64,000 nucleotides of DNA from Adineta vaga. Lineage: Eukaryota; Animalia; Rotifera. The position numbers and the translations under genes are program-made. Positions 52,271 to 62,937 of the stretch are shown piece by piece; the first letter of the stretch is position 1; each line of letters starts with the position of its first letter. The notes below the pieces were generated by a model. The model was not told the origin of the DNA. It ran no database searches and saw nothing but the letters and a program-made list of their open reading frames with translations. The stretch is taken from contig CP075493.1 in assembly GCA_021613535.1 (NCBI GenBank), forward strand, positions 16,616,001 to 16,680,000. Reading direction: 5' to 3'.

Positions 52271-52927
52271 TACTTCTTATACATACGTCAACGTAGAAAA
52301 TACTATAGTCGGGACTGTCAACAATTAAAAAGTACAGTGTGACATATACTGAACGCAGATGCAACGTTTTAAACGTCGATATTTCTAAATCAACATCAAA
52401 CACTGTCACTACTTTATTAATTCATATAACAACATAACATTATTTATTTATAAATCAAACGATTTGCTTTGAGATGGTACATGAGATTGCAATTGTTCAA
52501 GGATGAAGATACAGTAGAGATTATAAGAGAATCAACAACGGAGAATGGCGTAAAATTGCGATTGACATAATCCTATGATCATAATTCACACGCTCAAATC
52601 ATGCGTGTGTAGTGTGCTTAAAATGCAACATATTTATCACCATTTATCTTTTCATTTAATAAGTGAAAAGAAAAAGCACTCATTATAAGCAGAAGAGTAT
52701 AAGAAGCAGATGAATTGATTTCTAAACATCTTTTTCTTCAGTTATGGTTGAAAGTGATCATTTAGTTAAAGTAGAAGGTATAGCATTGACATAAACAAAT
52801 CGTTGAATAATTGATTTACGTCTTTTTGTTTGTTTTCTTTCGTCGCATTTGTTCAATTTCTTGTTGCTTTGGATCAATACGAAAACAATATTTCAGAATA
52901 TCCATTGTAATCACAAACAATGCCACA

Positions 52928-54574
52928 GGCTATTTCCATGGTACTTGTGACACGAAATACACAACATTCACCAAAACGTTTGAAACTTTCAGGGCTCGTG
53001 TAATAGTCACTTCTAAGACTTTTTTGCTCTTGGACAAAAGTTATACGATGTCTTGTTCAAGAGTTGTAGCCCAAACACCAAACACCCTCCGGAACGATTT
53101 TTTAAAGTATCTAATTCTTTATAACACTGCTAGTTTTGCACTACTTTGTGCTATAGAGATTCTGATGATAGATTTGGATTCCTCATCATCAGGGCTACCA
53201 GAATCACTATTTTGAGAAAAATTTTGGACTCATCTCTGAACGACGGAGCTCTGGAAACCCCTTTCAACAGCCGAGTATTCCAGGCTCAAAAACTCCATAA
53301 ATAGAGAACTCTGAATTTCGCGAAGTATCTCATTTGATAGAGAATCAAAAGATCTATCGAACCATATGTGCGCCGTCGGGCGGGAGTAAGATTTCACCGA
53401 GATAGGGTCTCCATAAAACTGATATGGGTTTTTGAAAAATCATAAACTCTTTTTTGTCAAATTGAACCAAAAATATCAGAAAAAACTTTATTATATGGAT
53501 CATGGCGTAGTGGTACATAGAAGATCGCTTAGATCCATCAAGATTCTACAAAGGTCTCTGGAGAACTATCTCAGATCTATACTATTTTCCATTGATACAT
53601 GTATTAATAGATCAGTACTGCAATGTTAATACTTTAATTATAAGAAAAGCGTGGTTCTGCAAGTACGAGAAGAAAAAGAAACCGCGGAAGAACTTGTTGA
53701 AGTGCGAATGTTTCTGAGTCTGAGCTACTGAATAATGGAACACATACTTGAAGAAACAAACCAAACCACACACAGAATCGAACAAAAAAAGAGTAGGAGA
53801 TAAAATAACATAGAACAAGGGAAGGCCAGTTAGACGAAAAGGCACAGTTTTAAAGGCATGATCAAGTAATCTTCTGCTACCCTTTCGCATCATTTTCAAA
53901 TTCTTACGTGGTTTCAATAAAGTTAGCACCAAGGTAATTCTCCAGAGACCTTTGTAGAATCTTGATGGATCTAAGCGATCTTCTACGTACCACTACGCCA
54001 TGATCCATATAATAAAGTTTTTTCTGATATTTTTGGTTCAATTTGACAAAAAAGAGTTTATGATTTTTCAAAAACCCATATCAGTTTTATGGAGACCCTA
54101 TCTCGGTGAAATCTTACTCCCGCCCGACGGCGCACATATGGTTCGATAGATCTTTTGATTCTCTATCAAATGAGATACTTCGCGAAGTTCAGAGTTCTCT
54201 ATTTATGGAGTTTTTGAGCCTGGAATACTCGGCTGTTGAAAGGGGTTTCCAGAGCTCCGTCGTTCAGAGATGAGTCCAAAATTTTTCTCAAAATAGTGAT
54301 TCTGGTAGCCCTGATGATGAGGAATCCAAATCTATCATCAGAATCTCTATAGCACAAAGTAGTGCAAAACTAGCAGTGTTATAAAGAATTAGATACTTTA
54401 AAAAATCGTTCCGGAGGGTGTTTGGTGTTTGGGCTACAACTCTTGAACAAGACATCGTATAACTTTTGTCCAAGAGCAAAAAAGTCTTAGAAGTGACTAT
54501 TACACGAGCCCTGAAAGTATCAAACGATTTGGTGAATGTTGTGTTTTTTTGTCACAAGTACCATGGAAATAGCC
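52928..54574. mobile_element. Foldback-type DNA element: near-perfect inverted repeats of about 638 bp (52928..53565, 53938..54574), CACA on both flanks
   Basis: ggctatttccatggtacttgtgac ... gtcacaagtaccatggaaatagcc; the same ORF peptide appears on both strands. Confidence 0.92.
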
Positions 54575-54659
54575 CACAATTATCATTGCTAAAATTACAA
54601 CAAAAGCAAATGATTTTGCGACAATTCAATAAATAATAATTCTTGGAACAACATGTTGA

Positions 54660-56211
54660 CATTCCTGTTATACTACAATGACCTAGACATGGAAAATGTT
54701 CTCATTTGTAAACTGCGAAAAGAAATTTTATCCTGATTTAGACAAGTTTTTTTTTTTTTACAAAGACGTCGATCGAATTGACAATTTTTACCGAAGAAAT
54801 CCAATGGACATGAACAGTTATCATCTTGATTATTATTTAGATTGTTCCAAGTACCAATAACTGTTGAATTTTTACATGGAGATACAACAAAGAATAACGA
54901 GTTTGAATGACCTAATAAACAACAAATTAATTTTTCTAAAAATGAAAGAAAGAGAAAATTTGTCAAGTTATATACTTGGATGTTTAGTCAAAAGTGAAAA
55001 ATTTTTTCTCTGTTGTTGTATATTGCACAGTTGTTGAAGTTTCTGTTTCAAAATGAAAATCATGTTTATGCGCAGTCGTTACTAAAATAGAAAAATGATC
55101 ATCACAAAGAATAGCAAATTCGCTTCAGAAACTTCACTTTATTCCAAGACTTACCACATGAACGATTTGTCAGATGAAACTTCTGAATACAATGATTAAA
55201 TTCATCCGCTACATACAAATTACCAACACTATCAAAACGAAATGAATACACTTTGTGAAGTTCATTCGATCCCGATCCCACTTTTCCACTGCAACCAACA
55301 ATACAAACAAACTCATTATTTTTTACTCGAATTATACGATGATTCATATTGTCTGCAATGTATACAAAATCATTGCCATCAAGTATTACATCTGTTGGCA
55401 AACTTAAAAACAAGTTCCTTGGAGTATTCTTTCCTGCCACTGTAATTCCATTCAATTCTTCTGGCCGAAATAGTTAAATTCTTCCAGTATTAGCATCAGC
55501 CACATACAAATTAAAGCTAATATTCAATTATCGTTGTGGCTTGATATTTCGTGTAGACCAAATGAGAATTGCGATTATTAGAATAATCAGATACATAGAT
55601 TGTATCATTTGAATTAATCAAAATACGATAAGGCTTTCGATATATTAAACTGTTGCTGACAAAAGTAGTTGCATACTGATTCCATGTTGTGCATGCAGAA
55701 AGTTTTGGTTGATTGTATGGAACTATAGAGAAAAGATAAGCAAATTTCAAAAATGATTAGAAAATTTTTCACGATATTACTGCAAACAGTGTTTATGTAC
55801 TTCGTGCAAAAAATTTATCCTATAAATATTCACACAAAAAAGCTATTTAAAATTAAATTTTTAGAATGACTCAAATATGATCTGTTGCATTGACTGTCAA
55901 TTAGAAAAGAAGAAATTTATTCAGATTCGATATTAACTGGCACAAATCTTTCTCATCAAGTTGAAAAGTGTCCAAGATGCTCCTGAAAAGAACGACAGAA
56001 GAATGAAATACTCACTAGGATGGTTAAGAAGACGTTGAAACTTTTGTACTCGATGACTTGACCAGTCACTAACATACAGTGATCTGATGCTATCAAATGC
56101 TGATGAGTGGAGGCTATTCAGTTGATTTCTTGCCCTTCCAGTCGTTCTTGTACAACCAGCAATGCAAACTGTATAGCTTTAACAGCAGCTTTGAATTTCA
56201 TCCATGTTGAT
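54660..56211 (-). pseudogene. NHL-repeat + EGF-like gene, fragmented
   Basis: PYNQPKLS.C.TWN..A.TF, YIADNMNHRII, FDSVGNLYVAD..NH.IQKF, CSCP..FFGKNCQ; stops and frameshifts; the piggyBac abuts its 5' side. Confidence 0.75.
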
Positions 56212-56215
56212 TTAA

Positions 56216-58698
56216 CCCTAGTAGTACCGGCCTATTTTTAACAATATTTCAGCGACATATGTTTTATAAACAATTTTTTTTCCTTTTTTTGATTAGTTTT
56301 GTGCTGTAATAAGCTATTTCTGTATATGACTTGATAGAAAAATGGATATAAATTTCTTTATTTTGAACAAGCTATACAAAAAATACGTTTAACAGAATGC
56401 TCATTACAAACAAATGCGGAACAATTACAACATTGAGTTGAAGTCTTTTTATCCATAGAATAATCACAAAGTGAGCAGCGTTTTCGTTTCGTTTGAACAG
56501 AATTTTTATCCACTTCTCTTAAGTTTGTTTTTGTCACAGGATAACCAACAATAGCTAATGCATTTTGAATGTCTTTGTTCAAAAATTTCGCATTTTTCGA
56601 ACGAGAGTCCAACAAGTATGATACTAAGCTGAGTCCTAATTCTTCCAAGAATAATCGACGTTTATGTTTTTTATTTTTATTCCATTCAGGATTTTTCGTC
56701 TTCCAGATGACCAGAGCATTTATTGCAGCAATGTCTATCATTCCATAAAAGATACAAAGCGGCCATCGTTTAGTACCTCTTTTTACCTATAGAAAAAATA
56801 ATACAAAAACGTCTTTAGAAAATTATTTTTACCGTATATTTATGACACATCTGATCAACAGTATCGACAGCTCCTTTTGTTTTATTATAATCCAAAATAG
56901 CAAGTGGCTTTCCGGTTTTATTGTCCACTTGATTATCATGATGTTTCGAAGATAACAATAAGACTGCTTTGTTATGTTTCGGTACATACGAAACTAAAGT
57001 TAAACCATCTTGAAAACCAAAAAGTGAAGAACCTGCTTCACGATTTTTGTTTGATTGAAATTCTATAGGTAATTCTGGTTTATTTTTTCGTAATGTACCA
57101 ATAAGAGTAATCTTTTTTGTCTGCAGTTCTCTAGCTAATGGAACGCTTGTGAAAAAATTATCCATTGTCACGTTCGTATTTGAGCCGTAAAGGGGTTCAA
57201 GCAGTTCTAAAACTACTTTGGTACCTATATGTGATTGCCTTTGTTGATCCGGTTGTCGTCCGATGTAAGGAAATGCATTGAATACATAATATGAATCTAC
57301 ATCAACACATAACCAGAATTTTAATCCATATTTATCAGTTTTTTTGGAATAAACTGACGAAAAGGACATCTTCCTCTAAATGGTAATAACTGTTCATCAA
57401 TAGTAACATTTTGTCCTGGAATATAACATGTTTTTAAATTATCTTGAAAATACGACCAGATATCTCGAATCGCTGCAAATTTATCTGTTCTTTTTCTTTC
57501 TTCTCTTGTTTTTTTATCATCAAATCGTAAACAAGAACTAATTTTTTGAAAACGACTTCTTCACATCGTGGCTTTAAATACTGGAGATTCCAATGGACTT
57601 CTTCTCCATAAACATTTTATGTTTCTCTTCGATTGATGTAATAAGCCGGCAAGTAACAAAAGACCAATGTAAGCTTTCAATTCTATCATTGTTATTTCTT
57701 GTGGTTTTTCATTGGAAGCAATGTTTCGAGTATATTCCATGTTAGAATAAGTCAAAATTTTTTGCGTTATTTTTTTGGACATAAAACAATTAAATGTATC
57801 TTCAATAGATGAAGCATCTTTAGTAATTTTGGTAAGCCCAGATATTTTAATAGGATTATTTGGATGGTTAGTTTTTGTTAAATGATGAGGAGCTGATGAC
57901 CAGACCATCCCAGAGCTGGAGCTATATGAAGTTTTTGTGATAGAATCGTCATTTAATTTAGGATCTTCTAAATCAATTTCATCATCATCTTCTGATGTTT
58001 GACTTTCGTGATCTTCTGTTTCTGAACCACTATCTTGATTTTCAGAATCGTCACTATCACTATCACTTTCATCTTCATTCAAATTGTCCATAATCTATAT
58101 TATAGTATTACAGATGTTGGATAAAAGTTATATAAGAAAAAAATTCAATCTAAAAGTCACATATAAATTGAGAATTAGATAAACTTGATTCACTTGAAAT
58201 AATATATTAGTATGTAAAATTGAAAATAAAATCCGATTTTTTTCCATGATTTTAAAACGTTCAATATAATATCTTAATTTTATTATCCAAAAAATATAAA
58301 ATAAACAAAACAAGTTATATCAACGATATATGTGGTCTACCACGATATCAGTCATCCATCGTCGTCATTGGATAGCTTAAAACCACCAAAAAATTGCTTT
58401 TAGTCGTTTGGACATATATATTCAAATCGAATTCTTATATGAGTCATTGGATTATTTATGGCAAGTTTCATTTTTTTTCTTTTCTTTCATACACATGTAA
58501 TAGAGTAAAGAGATATTCTTATACCAATAGGTTATAGTGATAGAGAAATTAAATATATGTTTGTTCATATTCAACAATATGTATATAGTGAAGATAGATG
58601 CGATGTGCTGCTAAAAATTGGAAAAAACAAATTATTTTTAGCATATTTTCAAATTTTTGAAGGAGGGTCAAAAATGACCCTGGCTGGTACTACTAGGG
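56216..58698 (-). mobile_element. Full-length piggyBac transposon with TTAA TSDs and 17-bp TIRs
   Basis: ttaa|ccctagtagtaccggcc ... ggctggtactactaggg|ttaa. Confidence 0.95.
56358..58091 (-). pseudogene. piggyBac transposase with a nonsense codon (about 57561), a frameshift (about 57360) and an intron 56787..56832
   Basis: TIDEQL.PFRG, KYGLKFW, DNFFTS, GTLRKNK, YNKTKGAVD..DQM, KRWP, C-terminal Cys-rich domain. Confidence 0.9.
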
Positions 58699-59280
58699 TT
58701 AAATATCAATTAAAAAGAATCAACAAATGATGTATTTGATTAAACAATAATATATTTGATAAATTAAATAATTATTACAATAAACAATAAGAAAAATGTC
58801 GACGTTTCGAGGATTAACTCCTCATTATCAAGACAAAAGAAAATTCAGTATGTGAAAGAATATGACGTGTGATAGGGAAAAGATAGCGAGAGAGAGAACA
58901 GAGAGATAACAGAACGAAAGAGAAAAAAAAGAAGAAAAGGATAACTTATCACGTTGCTTCTACTAGACGAAACGTTTTAAAGTTATCACCTCAAGGAATG
59001 AAAACAGATTTGTGTTATAATACACAACTAGAATCTATCCGCTGGTGGTGAATCACCCGTTGATTTTATCTTGACTATAGGTTTATACGACTTTAGACCC
59101 ACAGGATATATTATTAATGGTGCAGAGGTGATCGTTCTATTCAGAGTTGTTTTTGGACTATCAGTTAGTAAAGATTCTTTTATTAATAACTGATAGTTTT
59201 TATTATCTCTAGCTATTATATCAAATTATTCCAATCAATTTTAAGATGATCATTAATTTCATGTTGTTCGACTGATGACT

Positions 59281-59332
59281 GGGTGTGGGTGTGAATGTAG
59301 GTTAAATTGAATGAGTGACACCCACACTCAAG
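59281..59332. mobile_element. Telomere-repeat hairpin (core related to the 17207 copy)
   Basis: gggtgtgggtgtg..gttaaattgaatgagtga-cacccacactcaag. Confidence 0.7.
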
Positions 59333-59522
59333 TTACGACACCCTTCCATCCTACCAAAGGGACTTATCAATTAGATATGAGTTACTAATCAACTTATGAG
59401 TCGAAACGTGTCAGCGAAACAGTTAATCAAACGTAGTAGTGGACTGTACTTTATGGAGCTATCGTACTGTTTCGAAAAGAGATTTTTTATATCATGAGAT
59501 TCGTTTGCACGAAATGAAGAAA

Positions 59523-59592
59523 AATTGCGGGTGTAGATGTGGATGGGTGTTACTCCTCTATACACACCCTCAGCCACCCACATCCCCAAGAT
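59523..59592. mobile_element. Degenerate telomere-repeat hairpin (core TTACTCCTCTAT)
   Basis: attgcgggtgtagatgtggatgggtgt ... cacccacatccccaagat. Confidence 0.65.
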
Positions 59593-59613
59593 GGTTGCTC
59601 TAAAACGTTGAAT

Positions 59614-62600
59614 CTAAAGCCGTCTCCATTGCAATTTATTTCTCACAAATTCAATCGATTCTCTAGATGATTGCAAGTGCAGATGGTCTGTAGGTAAACA
59701 GATTTGTTCAATTTCAAGGGCACATTCGAGAAAGGGTAGTGCCTTAGAATATTCAGCCATTCCGACATAAGCTCCTCCAACATTATGATAAGCGGTAGCT
59801 AAATCGAGATGATTGCTAGGGAGATTGACCTTATGAATTTCTAGTGCTTTCTCGAATGCTAGAAGTGCTTTCGAATAGTCACCGAAGCTGAATGACATCT
59901 GCGCGACGGCGTTGTACGATGAAGCCAGACTAGAATGGTTTGCAGGGAGAATGCTTAGACGCACTTCCAATGCTTTTTCATACGATAGGAGCGCTTCTGA
60001 ATATTCTTTCATACTATAGTACGCCCGACCAATATTGTCATACGATTTAGCAAAATCCATATGGTGTGAAGGAAGACTTTGTTTACGCACTTCAAGGGCT
60101 TTCAGAAAAAAAGAAAGTGCCTTTGAACAGTCATTCGTTTTGGAATACACTCTGCCTATATTGTCATAGGGTTCAGCGAAGGATCGATGGTTAACTGGAA
60201 GACTTTGCTGAAAGATGTCCAGTGCTTTGTGGGAGGAGAAAAGCGCTTTGGAGTACTCTCCTAGTGCTGTGTATACCATGCCGATCTTGTTGTAGGCAGT
60301 TGCTAACTTAGGATGAGTTGGTGGAAGACTTTTTTGATACATTTCTAGCACTTTCTCATGAAAAGAAAGTGCTTTCGAGAGTTCACCCAATTCTCCATAC
60401 ATTGTACCGATATTAGAGTAGGACGCGATCAGCTCAGGATGATCAGAAGTATAAGCTTTTTCGAATATTTCTAAAGCTTTTTCGAAGAAGGCCAGTGCTT
60501 TTGAAAGTTCTCCCGTATACTCATAGACAAGACCAAGATTATTGTAGGACGTACCTAAGTCAGAATGATTCTGAGGAAGAAGGTTTTGACGAATTTCCAA
60601 CGCTTGTTCTAAGGACAAGAGTGCTCTACTATGATCGCCCATACAATAAGCCACAGTACCGATGCTGTTGTAAGTGGAAGCCATTTCCAGATCATTGGCT
60701 GGAAACATTTGTTTTCGAATTTTCAGTGATTTTTCAAAAAATAGAAGAGCCTTCGTATAGTCTCCTATACAGTTATATGCGTGACCGATATTGTTGTAGC
60801 ATGAAGCCAGGTTGGGATGATTCTCACGAAGAACCTTTTGATAAATTTCAGCGGCTTTTTCGTGGGACGAAATGGCTTTGGGGTATTCACCTAATGTTGT
60901 ATACACCGAGCCGATACAAAGGTGCAAAGTACCCAAATCAGGGTGACTTTCGGGAAGCATTTTTTGGCTAATATCCAGTGCTTTCTCGTAATAGAATAAT
61001 GTTTTGGAATAGGCACCCAATTTCTCGTTCAAGACACCAATGTTAATGTATGCTGAGACCAGGTCCGGATGAATTGGAGGACGACTCTTTCGATTTATTT
61101 CCAGCACTTTCTCGAATAATGATAACGCTTTGGAATATTCACCCAATTTGTAATATGTACTAGATATGTTACTATATGAAATAGCCAAGGATGGATGAAT
61201 GGAGGGCATCGTTTGTTGGCGAATGTCAAGTGTCTTCTGGAAACATGAAAGCGCTTTCGAGTATTCTCCCGTGTATATCCACACAGATCCGATGTGACTG
61301 TAGCAATCAGCTAGACGAAGATCAGTTGCAAGAAGACTTTCTTGGTAAAGTTGAAGAGCTTTCTTGTGACAGGATAGCGCTTGTGAATAATCACCCATTT
61401 GACTATATAGCGAACCCGTTCGATTGAGATAGCAGGCTAAACTGGTAGGGGTCTGTGTGTTTGTTCTTTCTATGATTTCTTTGGCTTTTTCGAAAAATGA
61501 TATTGACTGCATATAATCACCTTGACCACGTTTGATGTGACCTAACTGCTCATAGAGGTGTGTTTTGTCATTATTATCCTTTGTCATCTTATCAAGCAGC
61601 GTTCGACACATCTCTTCAGCCTGATCATATTCACCCAATTCGATGAGTAAGCTGCTCAGTCGTGACCAACTAGCTGATTCGCGAATACCTTCACGCATTC
61701 GATCCAGAAGAGCAGCAAGTAGAGGATCGCCATCACTGGTCAGTTGAAGTTTGACATGCCAAAGTCGATTCGTGGTGTCCAATGCATTGACTTCGACGAT
61801 ACGAAAAACAGTATGCATGGAGAAGAGAATCTCTTCTTCCGATCCAAACTGACTAACGTCAGATACAGAAGCAAAAGGAACTGTGGCAAGGGAAGAATCA
61901 ACACTCATTTCAAAGAGAATTCCTATTAAAGGGGAATTCATCTGATGGCTCTCAGCAAAGCAAAGAGAGATATCTCGGCTCGTACTAGTCGACAAGAAGC
62001 TGTTGAAAGAAATTAATCCACCTACTGTTCTGATCAGATTAGCGAAGTCTTCTGTCGATAATCCTTGTCCTCGATAAACTATGAACGGTTCCTGTTTGTC
62101 CTTAAATTGTTCCTCATGCATTTGCTTGATGTGTCGATGAAGATCGCTAACGAAAAAGCCCATATTGATAATAGTAATGGTATCCAGCTTGCGCAAAGAC
62201 TGATTGAGCGTCGAATAGAGAAAGGATTCTTTTGAATACCACCATACAGGCGATTTGGTATGATAGTTCTGTTCAAAGTCCGCGAAAAACCGAAGTTGAA
62301 AATCGTTACCAGCGAACTTCTTATGGCAATTAACAACGAAGTCTTTTAGACATTGTTCGTCGTAGTGGGCTTCAAACAAGATTTCTTTCAGGATCTGAGT
62401 GTACATAAATGACTGATCTAGTTCATCTAAATTTTCACTAGAGATCTCATCCACTGGGACAAAACTGATCGAAATAGTATTTTGATCATGTTGCCGCGCT
62501 GCTTGTTTGAGTGATTCACAGATGGCGCCAATATTTAAGAAAATATCCTCTACTTTGTGCCAGTCTTTTACTAGTCGTTCATGACTTTCCGTCTTGTTGC

Positions 62601-62937
62601 AAAGAATAAATATCGAATTGAGTTGTAACACATCGTGAATAAGAGGTATGAGGTGTTCACTGAGTTCACCAACTATAATCATCAGGACTTCTTCATCCGT
62701 AATATCAGTGAGGAAATCGATGCATTGATCAATATTTGTAAATATATCCATTCTATTAACAGTATGTTGCAGCTGAATGATCGAGTTGTAATAAGTATCG
62801 TTTGACTCATCGATATTTTCATCAAGCCAAATGAAGCGAAAGCCTTGCGTAGTATCTTGTCGCCGCCGTCGGCTAGTTGTGATGGGAAAACGCTGATCCA
62901 ATTCTGTCTTCCGTGCGAAGGTAGAATCAGTAACCAT
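59614..62937 (-). CDS. ADP-ribosyltransferase (R-S-E clade) + long TPR array, 1107 aa, single coding exon
   Basis: FIWLD, SPVWWYSKESFLY..LN..LR, VYRGQG, FNSFLSTS, SEEEILFSMHTVFRI, then about 16 42-aa TPRs. Confidence 0.93.
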   Translation of the reverse strand: MVTDSTFARKTELDQRFPITTSRRRRQDTTQGFRFIWLDENIDESNDTYYNSIIQLQHTVNRMDIFTNIDQCIDFLTDITDEEVLMIIVGELSEHLIPLIHDVLQLNSIFILCNKTESHERLVKDWHKVEDIFLNIGAICESLKQAARQHDQNTISISFVPVDEISSENLDELDQSFMYTQILKEILFEAHYDEQCLKDFVVNCHKKFAGNDFQLRFFADFEQNYHTKSPVWWYSKESFLYSTLNQSLRKLDTITIINMGFFVSDLHRHIKQMHEEQFKDKQEPFIVYRGQGLSTEDFANLIRTVGGLISFNSFLSTSTSRDISLCFAESHQMNSPLIGILFEMSVDSSLATVPFASVSDVSQFGSEEEILFSMHTVFRIVEVNALDTTNRLWHVKLQLTSDGDPLLAALLDRMREGIRESASWSRLSSLLIELGEYDQAEEMCRTLLDKMTKDNNDKTHLYEQLGHIKRGQGDYMQSISFFEKAKEIIERTNTQTPTSLACYLNRTGSLYSQMGDYSQALSCHKKALQLYQESLLATDLRLADCYSHIGSVWIYTGEYSKALSCFQKTLDIRQQTMPSIHPSLAISYSNISSTYYKLGEYSKALSLFEKVLEINRKSRPPIHPDLVSAYINIGVLNEKLGAYSKTLFYYEKALDISQKMLPESHPDLGTLHLCIGSVYTTLGEYPKAISSHEKAAEIYQKVLRENHPNLASCYNNIGHAYNCIGDYTKALLFFEKSLKIRKQMFPANDLEMASTYNSIGTVAYCMGDHSRALLSLEQALEIRQNLLPQNHSDLGTSYNNLGLVYEYTGELSKALAFFEKALEIFEKAYTSDHPELIASYSNIGTMYGELGELSKALSFHEKVLEMYQKSLPPTHPKLATAYNKIGMVYTALGEYSKALFSSHKALDIFQQSLPVNHRSFAEPYDNIGRVYSKTNDCSKALSFFLKALEVRKQSLPSHHMDFAKSYDNIGRAYYSMKEYSEALLSYEKALEVRLSILPANHSSLASSYNAVAQMSFSFGDYSKALLAFEKALEIHKVNLPSNHLDLATAYHNVGGAYVGMAEYSKALPFLECALEIEQICLPTDHLHLQSSRESIEFVRNKLQWRRL

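Noticed and set aside
52064-52409. True chromosome end, or VWVW/HPHP proteins
   Set aside because: The repeats are short, internal and inverted with unique sequence on both sides; the ORFs are translations of the hexamer.
52811-54479. Duplicated small protein gene (LLDKSYTMSCSR...)
   Set aside because: Identical peptides arise only because the ORFs lie in the two arms of the inverted repeat; no protein motif.
60495-62336. Antisense or alternate-frame ORFs within the ART-TPR gene
   Set aside because: Shadow ORFs of a long, relatively GC-rich repetitive CDS.
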